Part shown: in pieces, positions 37,113-53,145 of the stretch
Layout of the letters: each line of letters starts with the position of its first letter
Numbering within the stretch: position 1 is the stretch's first letter
NCBI GenBank assembly: GCA_964016885.1
Contig: OZ024742.1
Span: forward strand, 334,490,001-334,554,000
Direction of reading: 5' to 3'
DNA: 64,000 nt
Source: Eledone cirrhosa
Taxonomy: Eukaryota
Translations under genes and position numbers: made by a program
Notes under the pieces: generated by a model
What the model saw: only the letters and a program-made list of their open reading frames with translations
Told to the model about the DNA's origin: nothing
Databases searched by the model: none

Positions 37113-38031
37113 GTTTGAATATGTATAATAAAGCCAAAACAATGCAGGTATGGACATAGAAAAAAGAATGCAATTGCAAAAGATATTGTTGACAATTCGT
37201 CTTTTACCTTAGATTTATTTTAAACGTCCTTAATTTTCGAGATAATATCTCTTCTTCAGAGGGAAATAAAGGTCTCAAACCAGCGTTCTAAATATCTTGC
37301 TAAGCCATGCTGCCAGGAAATAGTATAGAGTATCTGTTCTATCTCTAATGTCAAAGAGTTAAAATTAGGTGGATAAAGAGTAGTCTCCCTTTAAAAGGGG
37401 TTTGTTTAGGTTTTTTTATATACATGCCTGTTTAAGTGTGTGGGAGAATGCATGAAGGTGTAAGTATGTGAGTGTGTGTGTGTGCGTGTGAGAAGATAAG
37501 TCTATTCGTAAATGTGGGGGATAGGTGTTATCTGGTGTTAGAACTGGTTTTGTGTGTGTATGTGTGAGAGAGAATAAGTGGATGTGTAAGCGTGTGTGTG
37601 TGTGTGTGTGTGTGCGTGCGTGTGTGTGTATGGGGTGTGTAAATATGGGGCTAGAAGCTCTATCAGGTTATAAATTGGGTGTTGAGTTCTAGTCTATTAT
37701 TGATTGGTGGTTGTGTTATATCTATAATTAGTGCTTCCTTAATTATAAGATTGCCGAGGTTTTTTTCCTTAGTTTCTATCCTAACTGTTATGGTTTTGTC
37801 GGTGTTTTTGCATTTAACTAGGTGTTTCTTAAATGAGGAAGCGTTAGTATTGAGGTGTTCTTTTATTCTTATGTGGAGTGGTCTGGTGGTGCTACCTACG
37901 TAGAAGTTGTTGCATTTGTCACACTCTAGTCTGTATACGACGTAAGCCTGGTGGCATAGGTCTGTGTCGTTGATGGGGCAGTTGGCTAGTCTGCAGCAGT
38001 TGTCATGTCTGGTGGAGTGTCTTTTGGCTAG
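37109..38031 (-). mobile_element. second Penelope-like fragment (GIY-YIG plus 3' end), inverted
   Basis: Diverged reverse complement of 35853-36878. Confidence 0.93.
37227..37264 (-). ncRNA. minimal type I hammerhead ribozyme motif
   Basis: Minus strand: TCCCT CTGAAGA A GAGAT-ATT-ATCTC GAAA AT TA AGGA. This gives CUGANGA, stem II, GAAA, a palindromic AAUU stem III, UH and a 3-bp stem I. Confidence 0.7.
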
Positions 38032-39002
38032 AGAAACTTTACAATATTAACAGAGATAAATATATGTTATTTCATCGAATGTAAAATATATAGATATTTT
38101 ATGTACTTAGTATATATATATATATATATTTGTTGATTCATTGTCTAGACTTTCGGATACCAAAAACGAACAAAATACACAGGTTTTAATAGACAAAAGA
38201 TTTGACCGACAAACCTTCGAATTATGGGAATTGTTGGATTCTGTTGACGGCTGCAGTGTATATATTGCTCGTATTCAATTATCCATTATATCTCTCTCCC
38301 CTTTGAAATGGGATAACTATATAAAAGGAGGAGACTTCACATTATATGGGAAAAAATAAAATCAATTTTTGTGGATATTACGAGGTATATATGGAATCAT
38401 ATAATTAAAAGAACAAAAAATTACAAATAGCAGAGCGTAGTTTCGTTTTTCGGAACTCTTTGTGGGCGCAGTACGTTTCAACTGTGTCACACACCTGGCT
38501 GTTTTAATAGGACGTTGTATTACATTTAGTGACTGTCCACCATTAGATTGATAATAGTTATTTAGTTTAGATACTCCGATAGACAAGTTTGATTATATAT
38601 TTTTAAAAAAAGAACAATATCAAATATGATTAAACAGCGTAGTTTCGATCTACGGACCTCTGGGTTATGGGCCCAGCACGCTTCCTCTGCGCCACTCTGC
38701 TGCATAGAAAATTACTTGACATTTTACTATTTTTAATTTATGACCTAGTTTACCTTGATAGTATTGCATCATAGAATAAGCGTTATATTTTCTTTGTTTG
38801 AATATATCTAAACATATAGTAACGTGAAACTATATAGATTATTACGTTCATTTAGTGGATACTAGCAGAATGGCCCGGCGTTGCTCTGGATTTGCTCTAG
38901 GGTACTTATATATTTCATATATATTTATCCTTATCGAGCCTCGTGATATAAATATGTTTGATTATGGTTTGATATTGTGTATGCAAAAATATCTGTACAC
39001 GA

Positions 39003-39317
<315 letters not shown>

Positions 39318-41348
39318 ACAGATTAAAGTTTAAGCAAAGAATCGCTGCTTTCACTCTTAACGGGATCCTCTGAAACTAAATAAATCTATCTGTTAACGCA
39401 CAAGTATATATGGTCTGATTGATAGAAAACTGTCGAACAAACCTGGAAAAGAAATACATTCACAAATCTCTGAGGCTAGGAAAATCCGAGGTGTAACCAT
39501 TCACCCACCTTCCACTTTACTACTAATGTATCACCTATGTTGGCAACATCGTCGGTCATATTTCAGTTTTGTAGCAAAGATGGCAGTATCAGAACCATTG
39601 TTGACGTATTTACATACACACGTTTTAGGTTCCTCTCTCGGCCCAACCTATTATATTTTCGAATTTTTGGATACCATGAAGAAAATATACACCTCTTTAG
39701 CGTATGGATTTGATTGACAAAATACAGAATCGTAGAAGATGTAACTTACTGTTGACGTCTGATCATCAACTGTGTTAGTTTAGAATGATTTTCTTGAATT
39801 ATCGATTACACATCTCTCTCTTTTGAAATGTAACAACTATATTAAAAGGAGAGTCTACACATTACATGTGACAGAATGAAATTCTCATTTAATGAAGATA
39901 TTCTGCAATAGGGATGGGAATTTAGATTTATGAAACTAAAAGACAATAAAATTATCAAATAGCAGAGCGTAGTTTCGATCTGCGGACCTCTGGGATATGG
40001 GCCCAGCACGCTTCCACTGCGCCACTACCGGACTATATCTCAGCAAATATAAGTATACACACCTTGCTATACTTAACAGAAATAATGTCATTGGTGCCAA
40101 TTGAAAAATCTAGAGAATGTTCATTTGTACATAGTATGTACATTTCTTGATTCACTTGGTGGATATAAAAGAGGAAAACTATACAAGTTTTACTTGAGCA
40201 AGAACTTGATCGAGAAACCTTGGCATTATTGGAGTTGTACGATTTTGTTGACGGTAGTTCCTCACATTTACTAGTTTAGATTGCTTGTAATGACGTATCA
40301 ATTACACATCTGACTGTGTTGAAATGTGACAACTATATACAAGGAAGTGACTACACAATATAGGTGATACAATGAAATTAAATGTTTATTTAATGGAGAT
40401 ACTCCATGATAGAGATGTGATTACATATTTAAACAAAACAATTAAAAAATACCAATTGCAGAGCGTAGTTTCGATCTACGGACCTCTGAGTTATGGGCCC
40501 AACAAGCTTCCACTGCCACTCTGCTGGTGGTACAAATTCCACGTTACTTATATTGTCCTAATTATATCCGAGGTGATTGATTGAAAATATAAAGTTTAAC
40601 CATCAATTGTGCTAGTTTAGAATGTTTGTACTGAATTATACATTACACATGTCTGTCTGTTGAAATGTGGCAACTGCATAGAAACATAAGGTTACACACT
40701 ACATTTAGTGTAGATGCAGCGTGAGACATGCGTGATTCGATATTTAAAAAAAACGGTAACGAACACATACAGCAGAGACTAGTTTCGGTTTAGGGAGGTC
40801 TCTGTTATGGGCCCAGAACACCTCCAGTATGTCACTTTGCTGACTGGATAGTGATATGACGTTTTAGTTCTTTTACTTTATAAACTAGGTTATATTGATA
40901 ATACTGGCTCCCTCCGGGTATCATTTGTCAGGGTTTTATTTGATGGTGGCATTTACTGTGATGTGTTCGGGGGCCAAGCGTGGTTCTTTCATACAGGCAC
41001 TCGTCGTTGAAATGGTGGAATTCGAAATTGTGGAACATTTGAGTAATTAGGCTTACAATATTTTCAACAACAATACAAAGTGAATAAGGATAAAATATAT
41101 TCTACAGTATCAAGGGAATGCTTTTCTATAAATTTAAACGGCTTAGGGTCCACCTAGGTTGACTGCTGAACCTCAACTCTGCTACTTTAGATTTTTGTAT
41201 TGACTTATCCATTACAATGTACTGACTTATCCATAAATAAAAGGGAGAGACTACACATGATATGTGATAGAATGAAATTTTCAATTTGTGTAGATTCTGC
41301 AAGGTACGTATGGGATTATATATTTAAAAAACAATAAAAAGATATAAA

Positions 41349-41420
41349 TAGCAGAGCGTAGTTTCGATCTACGGACCTCTGGGTTATGGGCCCAGCACGC
41401 TTCCACTGCGCCACTCTGCT
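41349..41420 (-). tRNA. initiator tRNA-Met(CAT), perfect consensus
   Basis: Exact consensus; oligo-T downstream. Confidence 0.97.
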
Positions 41421-42460
41421 GACTGAAAATTTAATGTGACGTTTTAGTTTATGAACTAGGGCACATTAATAGTATTGCATCATGGATTAAACCTTATTGT
41501 TCTCTCTGTGTTTCAATATGTCAGAACAGAGAGAAAACAGAAACAGTATTAATTAATGTTAATTTAGTAGTTATTGAGAAATAAATCTCGTAGACACAAA
41601 TTTCCTTATGTACGATGTGACAGGTAAATATACGATGTTTAACATTCTACAGAGCTGATTATTTCTGTGGGGCTTTTTCCTTATTTCAAAGTCTTCCTTG
41701 CAGTTTCAAAGTATTGGTGTAAATTATGAAATGTTCAACAGGCAGGCACACAGGCACATAAAAATCACACCTGAAGTTCAAATAGAAGAGCGTAGCTTCG
41801 ATCGACGAACATCTGGGTTATGTTCTCAGCACGCTTCCACTACGCCACTCTGCTGGTGGTATAAATTCCTCGTTTATTACTTATAGTGTCTTAATTATAT
41901 CCGAGGTGATTGATTGAAAATATAAAGTTTAACCCTCAATTGTGCTGCTGGTTTAGAATGTTTGTGTTCCTTTACTTGAAAGCCTTCTACGTAGTTTCAA
42001 AGTATGAGTGTAAATTATTGAATTTACAATACTCAGACACATAGGCACAAGTTCAGAGCCGAAGTTTAAATAATACTGCTTATGAACCTCTCTATATTTC
42101 AGCATATATAAATAGACAACTTGTTATACTTAACGGAAATAATAGACTACTTCAATGGTGCGAATTATAAAAGCTATAGCGTGTTAATGATAGATAGTAT
42201 GTATATTTTTATTATAGATTTGGATATAAAAGACAAAAAAACATTACAAGTTTTAACAGAACAATCACTTGATTGTTCTTCTGTGTTAGTTTAGATTGCT
42301 TGTATTAAATTATCCATTATATATATATATCACTGTGTTGAAATGTGACAACTATATAAAAAGAGGAGACTACACATAACATGTGAATGAATTTTCACTT
42401 TCTGTAGCTTCTGCGAAATTCAAATTGGGTTATATATTAAAAAACAAAAAGCAATACAAT

Positions 42461-42532
42461 TAGCAGAGCGTAGTTTCGATCTACGGACCTCTGGGTTATG
42501 GGCCCAGCACGCTTCCACTGCGCCACTCTGCT
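42461..42532 (-). tRNA. initiator tRNA-Met(CAT), perfect consensus
   Basis: Exact consensus; paralog of 30725. Confidence 0.97.
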
Positions 42533-45500
42533 GACTGTAAAACTTTACAAATTTTAGTGACTGTATTAGACTAGATTACATTTATTGCATCGTCTATCAC
42601 ATATTATTGATCTCTGTTTCTTTTATTATTTGTTCAAATCCCTTGAGTTCAATCCCGCCGAGGTTAGCTTTGCCTTTCATCCTTACTAGGTCGATAAGAT
42701 AAAGCACCAGTAATGCACTGGGGTCGATTTAATCGACTGTCCAACCTCCCCAAATTAATGGCTTTGTGTTTATAGTAGAAATGATTATTCAACTTAATAC
42801 TCTAAACATGACACATGTATAGTGCAAGGCAAATCATCCCTTTTCTAAATAATAATTGTTTCTACTTTTGGCACAAGGCCAGCAATTATCCATTGGTACT
42901 TTATTTCAACGACCCCATAAGGATGAAAGGCAAAGTTAACCTCGGTGGGATTTGAACTCAGAATGGCGTTCGATCCTCTACCGATGCTGCCAATTCTAAT
43001 TGAGGCTCAAGTCTGAAATTTAGCGGGGAGGGGGAATGTTGATTAAACTATACTCACTACTTAACTATTACTTTATTTTATCAACACTAGAAGGATGAAA
43101 TGCAAAGTCGGCCTTGTTGCCCTTTGAGCTCAGAACGTAAAGAGCCGGGATTAAACACCGCAACTTGGTTTGTTAGAACTTTATTCTGCTTAACCACAAC
43201 TACCAATATTTAAAGGAAATAAAGAAATACATTCTTACATCATGCAAATTGTAATACATATAGTTCTCTTATTTATATACATTTTGTATAGATTTTTTGT
43301 TTAACTGTGTAGATCTTTACATACCAAAAAAGAAAAATATACACATTTTAGCAGAGATTTTTCCTTTATATTAATTCATTGTCTAGATGTTTGGATAGAA
43401 AAAAGAAGCAACACATACACGTATTTTTAGAGAAATGGTTAGATCTACACACCTAGGTTTTATGGGAGCTCTACGATTCTGATGACGGCTGTGCCGTATA
43501 TATTATTGGTATTGAATTATCCATTACATATCTCTCACTCTTTTCACAAGTATAATGAAAGGAAAGTCTGCAAAAAATATGTGATAAAATGAAACGAGTA
43601 TTTAGTGTAGTTACTCCGAAATACAAACGGGATTATATAGTTAAAATAAATAGAAAAAAAAAAACAAACAGCAGAGTAGTAGTTTCGATTTATATTAAAA
43701 GGAGAATCTACTAAATGTTTATTTAGTGAAGACACTCCAACAAAGGGATGGGATTGTATTTTAGAAAATAAACAACAAAAGCAGTAAATAGCAGAGCGTA
43801 GTTTCGATCTACAGACCTCTGCGTTATGGGCCCAGCACGGTTCCACTGCGCCACTCTGAAGGATGACTTAACATTGTACTATTTTGAATTTATGAAGTAG
43901 GTTACATTGATATTATAACATCATAGATTAAAAGTTATTTTTCTTTATGTTTCAATATAACAGAACATTGGGAAACGTGATCAATACGGCGGTGAATTGG
44001 CAGTATCGGTAGAGCGTCGGACATGCTTTCCAGCATTGTTACGTCCCTTTACGATCTGAGTTCAAATCCGGCCGAGGTTAACTTTGCCTTTCATGCTTAC
44101 GGGGTCGATAAAATAAACTACCAGTAATGTACTGGGTAATTGCTGGCCTTGTGCCTAAAATAATAACAATTATTACGTTCCCTTAGTGGATATTGAGTTT
44201 GTACTGGAAATATTCTCTTGAATTCTCATTTCTACGGACATCAGGGTGATGGGCCCTGCACGGTTCCAATACGCCACTCTGCTGACGGTATTTGTAAGAC
44301 GCTTCCGAAAACTATTGTTAGATTCGCATTTCCTTATACACGAGGTGACGGGTAATATATATGTTTAACATTCTCCAGATGATTTCTGGGGTTCGTTTAT
44401 TTCGTTATTTTCAAAACCTTCGTTGTTTCAAAGTATGGGAGAAAATTATTAAATTTACAACACACAGTTACGCAGACAAATCAGATCTGAAGTTTGAATA
44501 ATTGTTTCTATTTTTGGCACAAGGCCAGCAACTATCCCAGTGTATTACTGGTACTTTATTTTATCGACCCCGTAAGGACGAAAAGCAAAGTTAACTTCGG
44601 CGGGATTATAACTCTGGGCGTAACACTATGCTGAAAAGCATAGCGTCCGACCCTCTACCGATACTGCCAATCCACCGTCCTTAGTTATCCACTGCTTTAT
44701 ATTTCAGGAAATAATAATGAGACACATAACATACTTAATGGAAATAATTAAATAACAATATTTCAATTGCACGAATTATAAATAAATATATTTCTGATGC
44801 GGTATATAGTTACTTTCGAAAGAATGAAATAGTCATTTACTGTAGATACTCAGAGAGACAGGTATGATTATATATATAAAAAAATGAATAAATAAACGAA
44901 CATATGTAGTAGTACAAAGTTTCGATCATCGGACCTCTGGATTATGGGCCCAGCACCTTGCCACTGCGCCACACTGCTGACTGTAAATTGTCGTGACTTT
45001 TTATTGCTTTGAATTTATGATCTAGGTTATATTAATAGTATTGCATCATAGATTAAACGTTATTTCTTTGTATTTCAATATTTCAGAAAATAGTGTAACG
45101 TGAAACAATAGAAATGATTGCGTTCATTTAGTGGTTATTGAGGTTTCACGGGAAATAATCTCTTGGATTCAAGTTTTCTTATAGTTGAGGCGACGGGTAG
45201 AATATACACCGTTTAACATTCTACAGAGGTGATGAATTCTGGGGAATTTTGTTTCGTTATTTTCAAGACCTTCGTAGTAGTTTCAAAGTATGGGTATAAA
45301 TTATTAAATTTACAACACAGACACACGGACAAACCGACAAATCACATCTACAGTTTAAATAATACTGCTTCTCCAATGTCATATATTTCAGGAAATAATT
45401 AAGAGAAACTTTACAATATTAACAGAGATAAATATATGTTATTTCATCGAATGTAAAATATATAGATATTTTATTCTACATAGTATATATATATATATAT

Positions 45501-46491
45501 TTGTTGATTCATTGTCTAGACTTTCGGATACCAAAAATGAACAAAATACACAGGTTATAATAGACAAAAGATTTGACCGACAAACCTTCGAATTATGGGA
45601 GTTGTTGGATTCTCTTGACGGCTGTGGTGTATATATTACTTGTATTCAATTATTCATTATATCTCTCCCTTTTGAAATGTGATAACTATATAAACGGAGG
45701 GGACTATACATTGTGTGGCAGCTCACACCTATGCAGGTCTAGGTGGCCTCCTCCAAGGTATATAACGTTGGAGGTGACTTGTGTGATTTAATGATAGGGA
45801 CCCCAGTCCTATCATCTCATTTCTACACTGTGTAAACTGGAGCAACGTGAAATAAAGTGTCTTGCTCAAGGAAACAACACATCATCCGCTCCGAGAATTG
45901 AACACACCACCTTTCTATTGCAAGCCCAATGCTCTATTCACTAAGCCATGCGCCTTCACTGTATACGATGCCTGTATTAAATTATCCATTATATCTCTCT
46001 CCCTTTTGAAATGTGATAACTATATAAAAGGAGGAGACTCCACATTATATGGGATAAAATAAAATCAATTTGTGTGGATATTACGAGGTATATATGGAAT
46101 CATATAATTAAAAGAACAAAAAATTACAAATAGCAGAGCGTAGTTTCGTTTTTCGGAACTCTTTGTGGGCGCAGTACGTTTCAACTGTGTCACACACCTG
46201 GCAGTTTTAATAGGACGTTGTATTACATTTAGTGACTGTCCACCATTAGATTGATAATAGTCATTTAGTGTAGATACTCTAGTGAATATATCAGAACATA
46301 TGGTAACGTGAAACAATATAGACTATTATGTTCATTTAGTGGATACTAGCAGAATCGCCCGGCGTTGCTCTGGATTTGCTCTAGGGTTCTTATATATTTG
46401 ATATATATTTATGCTTATCAAGCCTCGTGATATAAATATGTTTGTTTATGGTTTGATATTGTGTATGCAAAAATATCTGTACACGAATATA

Positions 46492-46789
<298 letters not shown>

Positions 46790-47165
46790 AAAATAACAGA
46801 TTATAGTTTAATCAAAGAATCACTGCTTTGAATCTTAACGGGATCCTCTGAAACTAAATAAATCTATCTGTTAACGCAGAAGTATATATTTCGTAAAATG
46901 TTACACACTATATATATATATAGATATACACAAACTATATATACATATATACGCACACACAGATAGCGACGTCATAATGTCGTAATGCAGACAGATATTA
47001 TAAGGGCGCAACGTTTTATCTATGTATCTATCTAAAAAGAAAATCTAAGAATTATAGAGAGAGATCGCTAAATCGCCTAATGCGGTCCCTAGGATATTGA
47101 AATTTTTGAAATGTTTGCTAAAAAAACTCACAGGACCATAAGTATTGTCACAGTACCATAAGTAT

Positions 47166-48750
47166 GTCATCTACATATCACCCGATATGTCGATGACATA
47201 CTCATCCTTATATCATCCCGTGAGGAGGCGGATAAAATATACACAAAATACTCCAGCATGGACGCCAGTATAAAGTTCAGCATGGAACACCCCGATGACC
47301 ACGGATCCCTATCCATACTGGACTTCCAACTCAGGGTAAGAGAGGAAGGCAACATCCACACTTGCTTCTATAAAAAAGCCGCCATCAGTGACCTGTTCGA
47401 ACATTTCAGATCGGCCCTCCCAGCCAGCGCTAAGTTCGGATACATAAGGAACGAACTACACGTATCCCGAACAAATGCACCGACGCTAGAGACCGAGACA
47501 CACACACCACACATTTCCTGGAAGTACTCAAACTGAATGGATACACGACATCCACCACAAACCGTGCCAGAAAGAACAGAGGACACCACACCCGAGGCAC
47601 TAACACTTGCTTCCTGAAGCTCCCACACTTCAGTGACGAAACAACAACAGCCATCCGCAGAGCTATCAGACGAGAGGGACTAGATATCCAACTGGCCCAC
47701 TGAGGTCCTTCCCTATGCGGACAGCTAACCAAAAGACACTCCACCAGACATGACAATTGCTGCAGGCTAGCCAACTGCCCCATCAACGACACAAACCTAT
47801 GCCACCAGGCTTACGTCGTATACAGACTAGAGTGCGACAAATGCAGCAACTTCTACGTAGGTAGCACCACCAGACCACTCCACATAAGAATAAAAGAACA
47901 CCTCAATACCAACGCTTCCTCATTTAAGAAACACCTAGTTAAATGCAAAAACACCGACAAAACCATAACAGTTACGATAGAAACTAAGGAAAGAAACCTC
48001 GGCAATCTTAGAATTAAGGAAGTACTAATTATAGACAAAACACAACCACCAATCAATAATCGACGAGAACTCAACACCCAATATATAACTTGATATAGCA
48101 TCTAGCCCTATATTTACACCCCCCCCCCTTCCACACACACGCACACACTCACACACACACACACTTATACCTCCACTTATTCTCTCACACACACACATAC
48201 ACACACAAAGACCAGTTCTAACACGAGATAATATTTATCCCCCACATATACGTATAGACATATCTTCTCACATACACACACACATACTTACACCTCACAC
48301 ATTCTCCCACGTACTTAAACAGGCATGTACAAAAAAAAAACCCTTTTAAATGGAGACTACTCTTTATCCACCTAACCTTGACTCTTCGACATTAGAGATA
48401 GAACAGATACTCTATACCATTTCCTGTCAGTATGACTTGGCAAGCTATTTAGAACACTGGTTTAACCGCTTTTCTTCCTTCCGAAGAAGAAATATTTTCT
48501 CGAACATTAAGGATATTTAAATAAAGATACTCTATACCATTTCCTGTCAGCATGACTTGGCAAGCTATTTAGAACACTGGTTTAACCGCTTTACTTCCTT
48601 CCGAAGAAGAAATATTTTCTCGAACATTAAGGACATTTAAATAAATCTAAGGTAAAAGACTAATAGTCAACAATATCTTTTGCATTTGCATTCTATATTC
48701 TATGTCCATACCTGCATTGTTTTGGCTTTATTATACATATACAAACGTTT
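47166..48750 (+). mobile_element. Penelope-like element copy (unit 2)
   Basis: Near-identical to 35293-36878. Confidence 0.95.
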
Positions 48751-48753
48751 ATA

Positions 48754-48790
<37 letters not shown>

Positions 48791-48924
48791 GTGAGGTTTT
48801 TTTTTACAAAATGAAAAATAACCGAGGTGTCCTACACGAGTGAAAGTATAAAATATATATATTTAAAAAAAAAAAAATAAGACTCCAGTTGCATTTTCGA
48901 TTTCATCTCTTTTTCTTTATATAA

Positions 48925-49951
<1,027 letters not shown>

Positions 49952-50924
49952 AGAAACTTTACAATATTAACAGAGATAAATATATCTTATTTCATCGAAT
50001 GTAAAATATATAGATATTTTATGTACTTAGTATATATATATATATATATATTTGTTGATTCATTGTCTAGACTTTCGGATACCAAAAACGAACAAAATAC
50101 ACAGGTTTTAATAGACAAAAGATTTGACCGACAAACCTTCGAATTATGGGAATTGTTGGATTCTGTTGACGGCTGCAGTGTATATATTGCTCGTATTCAA
50201 TTATCCATTATATCTCTCTCCCCTTTGAAATGGGATAACTATATAAAAGGAGGAGACTTCACATTATATGGGGAAAAATAAAATCAATTTTTGTGGATAT
50301 TACGAGGTATATATGGAATCATATAATTAAAAGAACAAAAAATTACAAATAGCAGAGCGTAGTTTCGTTTTTCGGAACTCTTTGTGGGCGCAGTACGTTT
50401 CAACTGTGTCACACACCTGGCTGTTTTAATAGGACGTTGTATTACATTTAGTGACTGTCCACCATTAGATTGATAATAGTTATTTAGTTTAGATACTCCG
50501 ATAGACAAGTTTGATTATATATTTTTAAAAAAAGAACAATATCAAATATGATTAAACAGCGTAGTTTCGATCTACGGACCTCTGGGTTATGGGCCCAGCA
50601 CGCTTCCTCTGCGCCACTCTGCTGCATAGAAAATTACTTGACATTTTACTATTTTTAATTTATGACCTAGTTTACCTTGATAGTATTGCATCATAGAATA
50701 AGCGTTATATTTTCTTTGTTTGAATATATCTAAACATATAGTAACGTGAAACTATATAGATTATTACGTTCATTTAGTGGATACTAGCAGAATGGCCCGG
50801 CGTTGCTCTGGATTTGCTCTAGGGTACTTATATATTTCATATATATTTATCCTTATCGAGCCTCGTGATATAAATATGTTTGATTATGGTTTGATATTGT
50901 GTATGCAAAAATATCTGTACACGA

Positions 50925-51052
<128 letters not shown>

Positions 51053-53073
51053 GTTTAAGCAAAGAATCGCTGCTTTCACTCTTAACGGGATCCTCTGAAA
51101 CTAAATAAATCTATCTGTTAACGCACAAGTATATATGGTCTGATTGATAGAAAACTGTCGAACAAACCTGGAAAAGAAATACATTCACAAATCTCTGAGG
51201 CTAGGAAAATCCGAGGTGTAACCATTCACCCACCTTCCACTTTACTACTAATATATCACCTATGTTGGCAACATCGTCGGTCATATTTCAGTTTTGTAGC
51301 AAAGATGGCAGTATCAGAACCATTGTTGACGTATTTACATACACACGTTTTAGGTTCCTCTCTCGGCCCAACCTATTATATTTTCGAATTTTTGGATACC
51401 ATGAAGAAAATATACACCTCTTTAGCGTATGGATTTGATTGACAAAATACAGAATCGTAGAAGATGTAACTTACTGTTGACGTCTGATCATCAACTGTGT
51501 TAGTTTAGAATGATTTTCTTGAATTATCGATTACACATCTCTCTCTTTTGAAATGTAACAACTATATTAAAAGGAGAGTCTACACATTGCATGTGACAGA
51601 ATGAAATTCTCATTTAATGAAGATATTCGGCAATAGGGATGGGAATTTAGATTTATGAAACTAAAAGACAATAAAATTATCAAATAGCAGAGCGTAGTTT
51701 CGATCTGCGGACCTCTGGGTTATGGGCCCAGCACGCTTCCACTGCGCCACTACCGGACTATATCTCAGCACATATAAGTATACACACCTTGCTATACTTA
51801 ACAGAAATAATGTCATTGGTGCCAATTGAAAAATCTAGAGAATGTTCATTTGTACATAGTATGTACATTTCTTGATTCACTTGGTGGATATAAAAGAGGA
51901 AAACTATACAAGTTTTACTTGAGCAAGAACTTCAGCGAGAAACCTTGGCATTATTGGAATTGTACGATTTTGTTGACGGTAGTTCCTCAAATTTACTAGT
52001 TTAGATTGCTTGTAATGACGTATCAATTACATATCTGACTGTGTTGAAATGTGACAACTATATACAAGGAAGTGACTACACAATATAGGTGATACAATGA
52101 AATTAAATGTTTATTTAATGGAGATACTCCATGATAGAGATGTGATTACATATTTAAACAAAACAATTAAAAAATACCAATTGCAGAGCGTAGTTTCGAT
52201 CTACGGACCTCTGAGTTATGGGCCCAGCAAGCTTCCACTGCCACTCTGCTGGTGGTACAAATTCCACGTTACTTATATTGTCCTAATTATATCCGAGGTG
52301 ACTGATTGAAAATATAAAGTTTAACCATCAATTGTGCTAGTTTAGAATGTTTGTACTGAATTATACATTACGCATGTCTGTCTGTTGAAATGTGGCAACT
52401 GCATAGAAACATAAGGTTACACACTACATTTAGTGTAGATGCAGCGTGAGACATGCGTGATTCGATATTTAAAAAAAACGGTAATGAACACATACAGCAG
52501 AGACTAGTTTCGATTTAGGGAGGTCTCTGTTATGGGCCCAGAACACCTCCAGTATGTCACTTTGCTGACTGGATAGTGATATGACGTTTTACTTCTTTTA
52601 CTTTATAAACTAGGTTATATTGATAATACTGGCTCCCTCCGGGTATCATTTGTCAGGGTTTTATTTGATGGTGGCATTTACTGTGATGTGTTCGGGGGCC
52701 AAGCGTGGTTCTTTCATACAGGCACTCGTCGTTGAAATGGTGGAATTCGAAATTGAGGAACATTTGAGTAATTAGGCTTACAATACTTTCAACAACAATA
52801 CAAAGTGAATAAGGATAAAATATATTCTACAGTATCAAGGGAATGCTTTTCTATAAATTTAAACGGCTTAGGGTCCACCTAGGTTGACTGCTGAACCTCA
52901 ACTCTGCTACTTTAGATTTTTGTATTGACTTATCCATTACAATGTACTGACTTATCCATAAATAAAAGGGAGAGACTACACATGATATGTGATAGAATGA
53001 AATTTTCAATTTGTGTAGATTCTGCAAGGTACGTATGGGATTATATATTTAAAAAACAATAAAAAGATATAAA

Positions 53074-53145
53074 TAGCAGAGCGTAGTTTCGATCTACGGA
53101 CCTCTGGGTTATGGGACCAGCACGCTTCCACTGCGCCACTCTGCT
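53074..53145 (-). tRNA. tRNA-iMet(CAT), one anticodon-stem substitution
   Basis: CTGGT instead of CTGGG. Confidence 0.75.
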
